Assembly (NCBI GenBank): GCA_964057225.1
Contig: OZ059895.1
Span: forward strand, 1,612,001 to 1,676,000
DNA from: Auanema rhodensis
Lineage: Eukaryota > Animalia > Nematoda
Direction of reading: 5' to 3'
DNA length: 64,000 bases
The position numbers and the translations under genes are program-made. This document shows positions 43,201-55,040 of the stretch, piece by piece (position 1 is the first letter of the stretch; each line of letters begins with the position of its first letter). The notes under the pieces were generated by a model, which saw only the letters and a list, made by a program, of their open reading frames with translations, had not been told where the DNA came from and searched no databases.

Positions 43201-46200
43201 CAACATACACTAATGCATCATTTTTCAAACGATCATAACTTATTTTTGTATCAAGCGTTTCTCAATGTAGTATAGTGCATTCGATGCGGATTTTTAAGCT
43301 GCGTCGATCTGTGTTATCAGATTTGCGCTAGCTTAAAAATGCACCGAGATATCAACTGATATAAGTTCACACTTATATCCTCGATTTTCACCCTGAAGAA
43401 ATAATTTTTTCGTTGAATAACATTGTCCATCGTCTTTGCCTTGAAAAAAGGAATCTAAAAACATCTACTTTTTGCTAAATTATTTTGAAATTTTTCGAAA
43501 CAATTTTTGTCAAAATGTTTTTGGAAGCAATGTTGAGTGTACATGGAAACTCAACATACACTAATGCATCATTTTTCAAACGATCATAACTAATTTTTGT
43601 ATTAAGCGTTTCTCAATGTAGTATAGTGCATTCGATGCGGATTTTTAAGCTGCGTCGATCTGTGTTATCAGATTTGCGCTAGCTTAAAAATGCACCGAGA
43701 TATCAACTGATATAAGTTCACACTTATATCCTCGATTTTCACACTGAAGAATTAATTTTTTCGTTGAATAACATTGTCTATCGTCTTTGCCTTGAAAAAA
43801 GGAATCTAAAAACATCTACTTTTTGCTAAATTATTTTGAAATTTTTCGAAAAAATTTTTGTCAAAATGTTTTTGGAAGCAATGTTGAGTGTACATGGAAA
43901 CTCAACATACACTAATGCATCATTTTTCAAACGATCATAACTAATTTTTGTATTAAGCGTTTCTCAATGTAGTATAGTGCATTCGATGCGGATTTTTAAG
44001 CTGCGTCGATCTGTGTTATCAGATTTGCGCTAGCTTAAAAATGCACCGAGATATCAACTGATATAAGTTCACACTTATATCCTCGATTTTCACCCTGAAG
44101 AAATAATTTTTTCGTTGAATAACATTGTCTATCGTCTTTGCCTTGAAAAATGGAATCTAAAAACGTCTACTTTTTGCTAAATTATTCTGAAATTTTTCGA
44201 AACAATTTTTGTCAAAATGTTTTTGGAAGCAATGTTGAGTGTACATGGAAACTCAACATACACTAATGCATCATTTTTCAAACGATCATAACTAATTTTT
44301 GTATTAAGCGTTTCTCAATGTAGTATAATGCATTCGATGCGGATTTTTAAGCTGCGTCGATCTGTCTTATCAGATTTGCGCTAGCTTAAAAATGCACCGA
44401 GATATCAACTGATATAAGTTAACACTTATATCCTCGATTTTCACCCTGAAGAAATAATTTTTTCGTTGAATAACATTGTCTATCGTCTTTGCCTTGAAAA
44501 ATGGAATCTAAAAACATCTACTTTTTGCTAAATTATTTTGAAATTTTTCGAAAAAATTTTTGTCAAAATGTTTTTGGAAGCAATGTTGAGTGTACATGGA
44601 AACTCAACATACACTAATGCATCATTTTTCAAACGATCATAACTTATTTTTGTATCAAGCGTTTCTCAATGTAGTATAGTGCATTCGATGCGGATTTTTA
44701 AGCTGCGTCGATCTGTCTTATCAGATTTGCGCTAGCTTAAAAATGCACCGAGATATCAACTGATATAAGTTCACACTTATATCCTCGATTTTCACACTGA
44801 AGAATTAATTTTTTCGTTGAATAACATTGTCCATCGTCTTTGCCTTGAAAAAAGGAATCTAAAAACATCTACTTTTTGCTAAATTATTTTGAAATTTTTC
44901 GAAAAAATTTTTGTCAAAATGTTTTTGGAAGCAATGTTGAGTGTACATGGAAACTCAACATACACTAATGCATCATTTTTCAAACGATCATAACTAATTT
45001 TTGTATTAAGCGTTTCTCAATGTAGTATAGTGCATTCGATGCGGATTTTTAAGCTGCGTCGATCTGTGTTATCAGATTTGCGCTAGCTTAAAAATGCACC
45101 GAGATATCAACTGATATAAGTTCACACTTATATCCTCGATTTTCACCCTGAAGAAATAATTTTTTCGTTGAATAACATTGTCTATCGTCTTTGCCTTGAA
45201 AAATGGAATCTAAAAACATCTACTTTTCGCTAAATTATTCTGAAATTTTTCGAAACAATTTTTGTCAAAATGTTTTTGGAAGCAATGTTGAGTGTACATG
45301 GAAACTCAACATACACTAATGCATCATTTTTCAAACGATCATAACTAATTTTTGTATTAAGCGTTTCTCAATGTAGTATAATGCATTCGATGCGGATTTT
45401 TAAGCTGCGTCGATCTGTCTTATCAGATTTGCGCTAGCTTAAAAATGCACCGAGATATCAACTGATATAAGTTAACACTTATATCCTCGATTTTCACCCT
45501 GAAGAAATAATTTTTTCGTTGAATAACATTGTCTATCGTCTTTGCCTTGAAATTGGAATCTAAAAACATCTACTTTTTGCTAAATTATTTTGAAATTTTT
45601 CGAAAAAATTTTTGTCAAAATGTTTTTGGAAGCAATGTTGAGTGTACATGGAAACTCAACATACACTAATGCATCATTTTTCAAACGATCATAACTTATT
45701 TTTGTATCAAGCGTTTCTCAATGTAGTATAGTGCATTCGATGCGGATTTTTAAGCTGCGTCGATCTGTCTTATCAGATTTGCGCTAGCTTAAAAATGCAC
45801 CGAGATATCAACTGATATAAGTTAACACTTATATCCTCGATTTTCACCCTGAAGAATTAATTTTTTCGTTGAATAACATTGTCCATCGTCTTTGCCTTGA
45901 AAAATGGAATCTAAAAACATCTACTTTTTGCTAAATTATTTTGAAATTTTTCGAAAAAATTTTTGTCAAAATGTTTTTGGAAGCAATGTTGAGTGTACAT
46001 GGAAACTCAACATACACTAATGCATCATTTTTCAAACGATCATAACTAATTTTTGTATTCAGCGTTTCTCAATGTAGTATAGTGCATTCGATGCGGATTT
46101 TTAAGCTGCGTCGATCTGTGTTATCAGATTTGCGCTAGCTTAAAAATGCACCGAGATATCAACTGATATAAGTTCACACTTATATCCTCGATTTTCACCC

Positions 46201-49200
46201 TGAAGAAATAATTTTTTCGTTGAATAACATTGTCTATCGTCTTTGCCTTGAAAAATGGAATCTAAAAACATCTACTTTTTGCTAAATTATTCTGAAATTT
46301 TTCGAAACAATTTTTGTCAAAATGTTTTTGGAAGCAATGTTGAGTGTACATGGAAACTCAACATACACTAATGCATCATTTTTCAAACGATCATAACTAA
46401 TTTTTGTATTAAGCGTTTCTCAATGTAGTATAATGCATTCGATGCGGATTTTTAAGCTGCGTCGATCTGTCTTATCAGATTTGCGCTAGCTTAAAAATGC
46501 ACCGAGATATCAACTGATATAAGTTAACACTTATATCCTCGATTTTCACCCTGAAGAAATAATTTTTTCGTTGAATAACATTGTCTATCGTCTTTGCCTT
46601 GAAAAATGGAATCTAAAAACATCTACTTTTTGCTAAATTATTTTGAAATTTTTCGAAAAAATTTTTGTCAAAATGTTTTTGGAAGCAATGTTGAGTGTAC
46701 ATGGAAACTCAACATACACTAATGCATCATTTTTCAAACGATCATAACTTATTTTTGTATCAAGCGTTTCTCAATGTAGTATAGTGCATTCGATGCGGAT
46801 TTTTAAGCTGCGTCGATCTGTCTTATCAGATTTGCGCTAGCTTAAAAATGCACCGAGATATCAACTGATATAAGTTAACACTTATATCCTCGATTTTCAC
46901 ACTGAAGAATTAATTTTTTCGTTGAATAACATTGTCTATCGTCTTTGCCTTGAAAAAAGGAATCTAAAAACATCTACTTTTTGCTAAATTATTTTGAAAT
47001 TTTTCGAAAAAATTTTTGTCAAAATGTTTTTGGAAGCAATGTTGAGTGTACATGGAAACTCAACATACACTAATGCATCATTTTTCAAACGATCATAACT
47101 AATTTTTGTATCAAGCGTTTCTCAATGTAGTATAGTGCATTCGATGCGGATTTTTAAGCTGCGTCGATCTGTCTTATCAGATTTGCGCTAGCTTAAAAAT
47201 GCACCGAGATATCAACTGATATAAGTTCACACTCATATCCTCGATTTTCACACTGAAGAATTAATTTTTTCGTTGAATAACATTGTCTATCGTCTTTGCC
47301 TTGGAAAATGGAATCTAAAAACATCTACTTTTTGCTAAATTATTTTGAAATTTTTCGAAAAAATTTTTGTCAAAATGTTTTTGGAAGCAATGTTGAGTGT
47401 ACATGGAAACTCAACATACACTAATGCATCATTTTTCAAACGATCATAACTTATTTTTGTATCGAGCGTTTCTCAATGTAGTATAGTGCATTCGATGCGG
47501 ATTTTTAAGCTGCGTCGATCTGTGTTATCAGATTTGCGCTAGCTTAAAAATGCACCGAGATATCAACTGATATAAGTTAACACTTATATCCTCGATTTTC
47601 ACCCTGAAGAAATAATTTTTTCGTTGAATAACATTGTCCATCGTCTTTGCCTTGAAAAAAGGAATCTAAAAACATCTACTTTTTGCTAAATTATTTTGAA
47701 ATTTTTCGAAAAAATTTTTGTCAAAATGTTTTTGGAAGCAATGTTGAGTGTACATGGAAACTCAACATACACTAATGCATCATTTTTCAAACGATCATAA
47801 CTAATTTTTGTATTAAGCGTTTCTCAATGTAGTATAGTGCATTCGATGCGGATTTTTAAGCTGCGTCGATCTGTGTTATCAGATTTGCGCTAGCTTAAAA
47901 ATGCACCGAGATATCAACTGATATAAGTTCACACTTATATCCTCGATTTTCACCCTGAAGAAATAATTTTTTCGTTGAATAACATTGTCCATCGTCTTTG
48001 CCTTGAAAAAAGGAATCTAAAAACATCTACTTTTTGCTAAATTATTTTGAAATTTTTCGAAAAAATTTTTGTCAAAATGTTTTTGGAAGCAATGTTGAGT
48101 GTACATGGAAACTCAACATACACTAATGCATCATTTTTCAAACGATCATAACTAATTTTTGTATTAAGCGTTTCTCAATGTAGTATAGTGCATTCGATGC
48201 GGATTTTTAAGCTGCGTCGATCTGTGTTATCAGATTTGCGCTAGCTTAAAAATGCACCGAGATATCAACTGATATAAGTTCACACTTATATCCTCGATTT
48301 TCACCCTGAAGAAATAATTTTTTCGTTGAATAACATTGTCCATCGTCTTTGCCTTGAAAAAAGGAATCTGAAAACATCTACTTTTTGCTAAATTATTCTG
48401 AAATTTTTCGAAAAAATTTTTGTCAAAATGTTTTTGGAAGCAATGTTGAGTGTACATGGAAACTCAACATACACTAATGCATCATTTTTCAAACGATCAT
48501 AACTAATTTTTGTATTAAGCGTTTCTCAATGTAGTATAGTGCATTCGATGCGGATTTTTAAGCTGCGTCGATCTGTGTTATCAGATTTGCGCTAGCTTAA
48601 AAATGCACCGAGATATCAACTGATATAAGTTCACACTTATATCCTCGATTTTCACCCTGAAGAAATAATTTTTTCGTTGAATAACATTGTCCATCGTCTT
48701 TGCCTTGAAAAAAGGAATCTAAAAACATCTACTTTTTGCTAAATTATTTTGAAATTTTTCGAAACAATTTTTGTCAAAATGTTTTTGGAAGCAATGTTGA
48801 GTGTACATGGAAACTCAACATACACTAATGCATCATTTTTCAAACGATCATAACTTATTTTTGTATCAAGCGTTTCTCAATGTAGTATAGTGCATTCGAT
48901 GCGGATTTTTAAGCTGCGTCGATCTGTGTTATCAGATTTGTGCTAGCTTAAAAATGCACCGAGATATCAACTGATATAAGTTCACACTTATATCCTCGAT
49001 TTTCACCCTGAAGAAATAATTTTTTCGTTGAATAACATTGTCCATCGTCTTTGCCTTGAAAAAAGGAATCTAAAAACATCTACTTTTTGCTAAATTATTT
49101 TGAAATTTTTCGAAACAATTTTTGTCAAAATGTTTTTGGAAGCAATGTTGAGTGTACATGGAAACTCAACATACACTAATGCATCATTTTTCAAACGATC

Positions 49201-52200
49201 ATAACTAATTTTTGTATTAAGCGTTTCTCAATGTAGTATAGTGCATTCGATGCGGATTTTTAAGCTGCGTCGATCTGTGTTATCAGATTTGCGCTAGCTT
49301 AAAAATGCACCGAGATATCAACTGATATAAGTTCACACTTATATCCTCGATTTTCACACTGAAGAATTAATTTTTTCGTTGAATAACATTGTCTATCGTC
49401 TTTGCCTTGAAAAAAGGAATCTAAAAACATCTACTTTTTGCTAAATTATTTTGAAATTTTTCGAAAAAATTTTTGTCAAAATGTTTTTGGAAGCAATGTT
49501 GAGTGTACATGGAAACTCAACATACACTAATGCATCATTTTTCAAACGATCATAACTAATTTTTGTATTAAGCGTTTCTCAATGTAGTATAGTGCATTCG
49601 ATGCGGATTTTTAAGCTGCGTCGATCTGTGTTATCAGATTTGCGCTAGCTTAAAAATGCACCGAGATATCAACTGATATAAGTTCACACTTATATCCTCG
49701 ATTTTCACCCTGAAGAAATAATTTTTTCGTTGAATAACATTGTCCATCGTCTTTGCCTTGAAAAAAGGAATCTGAAAACATCTACTTTTTGCTAAATTAT
49801 TCTGAAATTTTTCGAAAAAATTTTTGTCAAAATGTTTTTGGAAGCAATGTTGAGTGTACATGGAAACTCAACATACACTAATGCATCATTTTTCAAACGA
49901 TCATAACTAATTTTTGTATTAAGCGTTTCTCAATGTAGTATAGTGCATTCGATGCGGATTTTTAAGCTGCGTCGATCTGTGTTATCAGATTTGCGCTAGC
50001 TTAAAAATGCACCGAGATATCAACTGATATAAGTTCACACTTATATCCTCGATTTTCACCCTGAAGAAATAATTTTTTCGTTGAATAACATTGTCCATCG
50101 TCTTTGCCTTGAAAAAAGGAATCTAAAAACATCTACTTTTTGCTAAATTATTTTGAAATTTTTCGAAACAATTTTTGTCAAAATGTTTTTGGAAGCAATG
50201 TTGAGTGTACATGGAAACTCAACATACACTAATGCATCATTTTTCAAACGATCATAACTTATTTTTGTATCAAGCGTTTCTCAATGTAGTATAGTGCATT
50301 CGATGCGGATGTTTAAGCTGCGTCGATCTGTGTTATCAGATTTGCGCTAGCTTAAAAATGCACCGAGATATCAACTGATATAAGTTCACACTTATATCCT
50401 CGATTTTCACCCTGAAGAAATAATTTTTTCGTTGAATAACATTGTCCATCGTCTTTGCCTTGAAAAAAGGAATCTAAAAACATCTACTTTTTGCTAAATT
50501 ATTTTGAAATTTTTCGAAACAATTTTTGTCAAAATGTTTTTGGAAGCAATGTTGAGTGTACATGGAAACTCAACATACACTAATGCATCATTTTTCAAAC
50601 GATCATAACTTATTTTTGTATCAAGCGTTTCTCAATGTAGTATAGTGCATTCGATGCGGATTTTTAAGCTGCGTCGATCTGTGTTATCAGATTTGCGCTA
50701 GCTTAAAAATGCACCGAGATATCAACTGATATAAGTTCACACTTATATCCTCGATTTTCACCCTGAAGAAATAATTTTTTCGTTGAATAACATTGTCCAT
50801 CGTCTTTGCCTTGAAAAAAGGAATCTAAAAACATCTACTTTTTGCTAAATTATTTTGAAATTTTTCGAAACAATTTTTGTCAAAATGTTTTTGGAAGCAA
50901 TGTTGAGTGTACATGGAAACTCAACATACACTAATGCATCATTTTTCAAACGATCATAACTAATTTTTGTATTAAGCGTTTCTCAATGTAGTATAGTGCA
51001 TTCGATGCGGATTTTTAAGCTGCGTCGATCTGTGTTATCAGATTTGCGCTAGCTTAAAAATGCACCGAGATATCAACTGATATAAGTTCACACTTATATC
51101 CTCGATTTTCACACTGAAGAATTAATTTTTTCGTTGAATAACATTGTCTATCGTCTTTGCCTTGAAAAAAGGAATCTAAAAACATCTACTTTTTGCTAAA
51201 TTATTTTGAAATTTTTCGAAAAAATTTTTGTCAAAATGTTTTTGGAAGCAATGTTGAGTGTACATGGAAACTCAACATACACTAATGCATCATTTTTCAA
51301 ACGATCATAACTAATTTTTGTATTAAGCGTTTCTCAATGTAGTATAGTGCATTCGATGCGGATTTTTAAGCTGCGTCGATCTGTGTTATCAGATTTGCGC
51401 TAGCTTAAAAATGCACCGAGATATCAACTGATATAAGTTCACACTTATATCCTCGATTTTCACCCTGAAGAAATAATTTTTTCGTTGAATAACATTGTCT
51501 ATCGTCTTTGCCTTGAAAAATGGAATCTAAAAACATCTACTTTTTGCTAAATTATTCTGAAATTTTTCGAAACAATTTTTGTCAAAATGTTTTTGGAAGC
51601 AATGTTGAGTGTACATGGAAACTCAACATACACTAATGCATCATTTTTCAAACGATCATAACTAATTTTTGTATTAAGCGTTTCTCAATGTAGTATAATG
51701 CATTCGATGCGGATTTTTAAGCTGCGTCGATCTGTCTTATCAGATTTGCGCTAGCTTAAAAATGCACCGAGATATCAACTGATATAAGTTAACACTTATA
51801 TCCTCGATTTTCACCCTGAAGAAATAATTTTTTCGTTGAATAACATTGTCTATCGTCTTTGCCTTGGAAAATGGAATCTAAAAACATCTACTTTTTGCTA
51901 AATTATTTTGAAATTTTTCGAAAAAATTTTTGTCAAAATGTTTTTGGAAGCAATGTTGAGTGTACATGGAAACTCAACATACACTAATGCATCATTTTTC
52001 AAACGATCATAACTTATTTTTGTATCAAGCGTTTCTCAATGTAGTATAGTGCATTCGATGCGGATTTTTAAGCTGCGTCGATCTGTCTTATCAGATTTGC
52101 GCTAGCTTAAAAATGCACCGAGATATCAACTGATATAAGTTAACACTTATATCCTCGATTTTCACCCTGAAGAAATAATTTTTTCGTTGAATAACATTGT

Positions 52201-52648
52201 CTATCGTCTTTGCCTTGAAAAATGGAATCTAAAAACATCTACTTTTTGCTAAATTATTTTGAAATTTTTCGAAAAAATTTTTGTCAAAATGTTTTTGGAA
52301 GCAATGTTGAGTGTACATGGAAACTCAACATACACTAATGCATCATTTTTCAAACGATCATAACTTATTTTTGTATCAAGCGTTTCTCAATGTAGTATAG
52401 TGCATTCGATGCGGATTTTTAAGCTGCGTCGATCTGTCTTATCAGATTTGCGCTAGCTTAAAAATGCACCGAGATATCAACTGATATAAGTTAACACTTA
52501 TATCCTCGATTTTCACCCTGAAGAATTAATTTTTTCGTTGAATAACATTGTCCATCGTCTTTGCCTTGAAAAATGGAATCTAAAAACATCTACTTTTTGC
52601 TAAATTATTTTGAAATTTTTCGAAAAAATTTTTGTCAAAATGTTTTTG
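25271..52648 (+). repeat. Local HOR domain built on a 3-mer core (F-G-H) with 6-8-mer blocks
   Basis: TATAATGC-marked monomers (G), each preceded by a TTATTCTG + CGAAACAA monomer (F), lie near 26.07, 31.34, 35.20, 36.25, 37.30, 40.11, 41.17, 42.57, 44.32, 45.38, 46.43 and 51.69 kb. Many spacings are 1053 bp. Confidence 0.8.
31589..35099 (+). repeat. Island of 10 consecutive monomers of a distinct subfamily (AGCTTTTCTC instead of AGCGTTTCTC)
   Basis: The G>T change at monomer pos 85 is present in each monomer from 31589 to 34749 and was not seen elsewhere. Further local SNPs: CGATTATA, AACATCGTC, GTACGTGG. Confidence 0.9.
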
Positions 52649-53745
52649 GAAGCAATGTTGAGTGTACATGGAAACTCAACATACACTAATGCATCATTTT
52701 TCAAACGATCATAACTAATTTTTGTATCAAGCGTTTCTCAATGTAGTATAGTGCATTCGATGCGGATTTTTAAGCTGCGTCGATCTGTCTTATCAGATTT
52801 GCGCTAGCTTAAAAATGCACCGAGATATCAACTGATATAAGTTCACACTCATATCCTCGATTTTCACACTGAAGAATTAATTTTTTCGTTGAATAACATT
52901 GTCTATCGTCTTTGCCTTGGAAAATGGAATCTAAAAACATCTACTTTTTGCTAAATTATATTGAAATTTTTCGAAAAAATTTTTGTCAAAATGTTTTTGG
53001 AAGCAATGTTGAGTGTACATGGAAACTCAACATACACTAATGCATCATTTTTCAAACGATCATAACTTATTTTTGTATCGAGCGTTTCTCAATGTAGTAT
53101 AGTGCATTCGATGCGGATTTTTAAGCTGCGTCGATCTGTGTTATCAGATTTGCGCTAGCTTAAAAATGCACCGAGATATCAACTGATATAAGTTAACACT
53201 TATATCCTCGATTTTCACCCTGAAGAAATAATTTTTTCGTTGAATAACATTGTCCATCGTCTTTGCCTTGAAAAAAGGAATCTAAAAACATCTACTTTTT
53301 GCTAAATTATTTTGAAATTTTTCGAAAAAATTTTTGTCAAAATGTTTTTGGAAGCAATGTTGAGTGTACATGGAAACTCAACATACACTAATGCATCATT
53401 TTTCAAACGATCATAACTAATTTTTGTATCAAGCGTTTCTCAATGTAGTATAGTGCATTCGATGCGGATTTTTAAGCTGCGTCGATCTGTCTTATCAGAT
53501 TTGCGCTAGCTTAAAAATGCACCGAGATATCAACTGATATAAGTTCACACTCATATCCTCGATTTTCACACTGAAGAAATAATTTTTTCGTTGAATAACA
53601 TTGTCTATCGTCTTTGCCTTGAAAAATGGAATCTAAAAACATCTACTTTTTGCTAAATTATTTTGAAATTTTTCGAAAAAATTTTTGTCAAAATGTTTTT
53701 GGAAGCAATGTTGAGTGTACATGGAAACTCAACATACACTAATGC

Positions 53746-54462
53746 GACAATGTTATTCAACGAAAAAATTATTTCTTCAGGGTGAAAATCGAGGATATAA
53801 GTGTGAACTTATATCAGTTGATATCTCGGTGCATTTTTAAGCTAGCGCAAATCTGATAACACAGATCGACGCAGCTTAAAAATCCGCATCGAATGCACTA
53901 TACTACATTGAGAAACGCTTAATACAAAAATTAGTTATGATCGTTTGAAAAATGATGCATTAGTGTATGTTGAGTTTCCATGTACACTCAACATTGCTTC
54001 CAAAAACATTTTGACAAAAATTTTTTCGAAAAATTTCAGAATAATTTAGCAAAAAGTAGATGTTTTTAGATTCCTTTTTTCAAGGCAAAGACGATGGACA
54101 ATGTTATTCAACGAAAAAATTATTTCTTCAGGGTGAAAATCGAGGATATAAGTGTTAACTTATATCAGTTGATATCTCGGTGCATTTTTAAGCTAGCGCA
54201 AATCTGATAACACAGATCGACGCAGCTTAAAAATCCGCATCGAATGCACTATACTACATTGAGAAACGCTTAATACAAAAATTAGTTATGATCGTTTGAA
54301 AAATGATGCATTAGTGTATGTTGAGTTTCCATGTACACTCAACATTGCTTCCAAAAACATTTTGACAAAAATTTTTTCGAAAAATTTCAAAATAATTTAG
54401 CAAAAAGTAGATGTTTTTAGATTCCTTTTTTCAAGGCAAAGACGATGGACAATGTTATTCAA
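53746..54462 (-). repeat. Inverted satellite segment 1 (717 bp = 2 monomers + 15 bp)
   Basis: After ...ACACTAATGC (monomer pos 44) the sequence reads GACAATGTTATTCAACGAAAAAATT..., the reverse complement of the monomer from pos 255 downward. It returns to + orientation at ...TTATTCAA|AGCTGCGTCG (monomer pos 124/125). Confidence 0.97.
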
Positions 54463-55040
54463 AGCTGCGTCGATCTGTGTTATCAGATATGCGCTAGCTT
54501 AAAAATGCACCGAGATATCAACTGATATAAGTTCACACTTATATCCTCGATTTTCACCCTGAAGAATTAATTTTTTCGTTGAATAACATTGTCCATCGTC
54601 TTTGCTTTGAAAAAAGGAATCTAAAAACATCTACTTTTTGCTAAATTATTTTGAAATGTTTCGAAAAAATTTTTGTCAAAATGTTTTTGGAAGTAATGTT
54701 GAGTGTACATGGAAACTCAACATACACTAATGAATCATTTTTCAAACGATCATAACTAATTTTTGTATTAAGCGTTTCTCAATGTAGTATAGTGCATTCG
54801 ATGCGGATTTTTAAGCTGCGTCGATCTGTGTTATCAGATTTGCGCTAGCTTAAAAATGCACCGAGATATCAACTGATATAAGTTCACACTTATATCCTCG
54901 ATTTTCACCCTGAAGAATCATTTTTTTCGTTGAATAACATTGTCCATTGTCTTTGCCTTGAAAAATGAAATCTAAAAACATCTACTTTTTGCTAAATTAT
55001 TTTGAAATTTTTCGAAAAAATTTTTGTCAAAATGTTTTTG

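Larger units (their letters stand above)
1..53745 (+). repeat. Uninterrupted head-to-tail block: 153 full monomers plus a 44-bp partial
   Basis: A monomer starts at 53702 versus 53704 expected (1+153x351). The net -2 is fully explained by four 1-bp indels near 17810 (-1), 21670 (-1), 32210 (+1) and 45550 (-1). Confidence 0.95.

Noticed and set aside
53746-54462. Transposon or MITE insertion with a 15-bp direct repeat as target-site duplication
   Set aside because: The insert is entirely satellite in reverse orientation. The 15-bp repeat is internal to the insert and follows from its n x 351 + 15 length. The target shows a deletion rather than a duplication, and there are no foreign termini.
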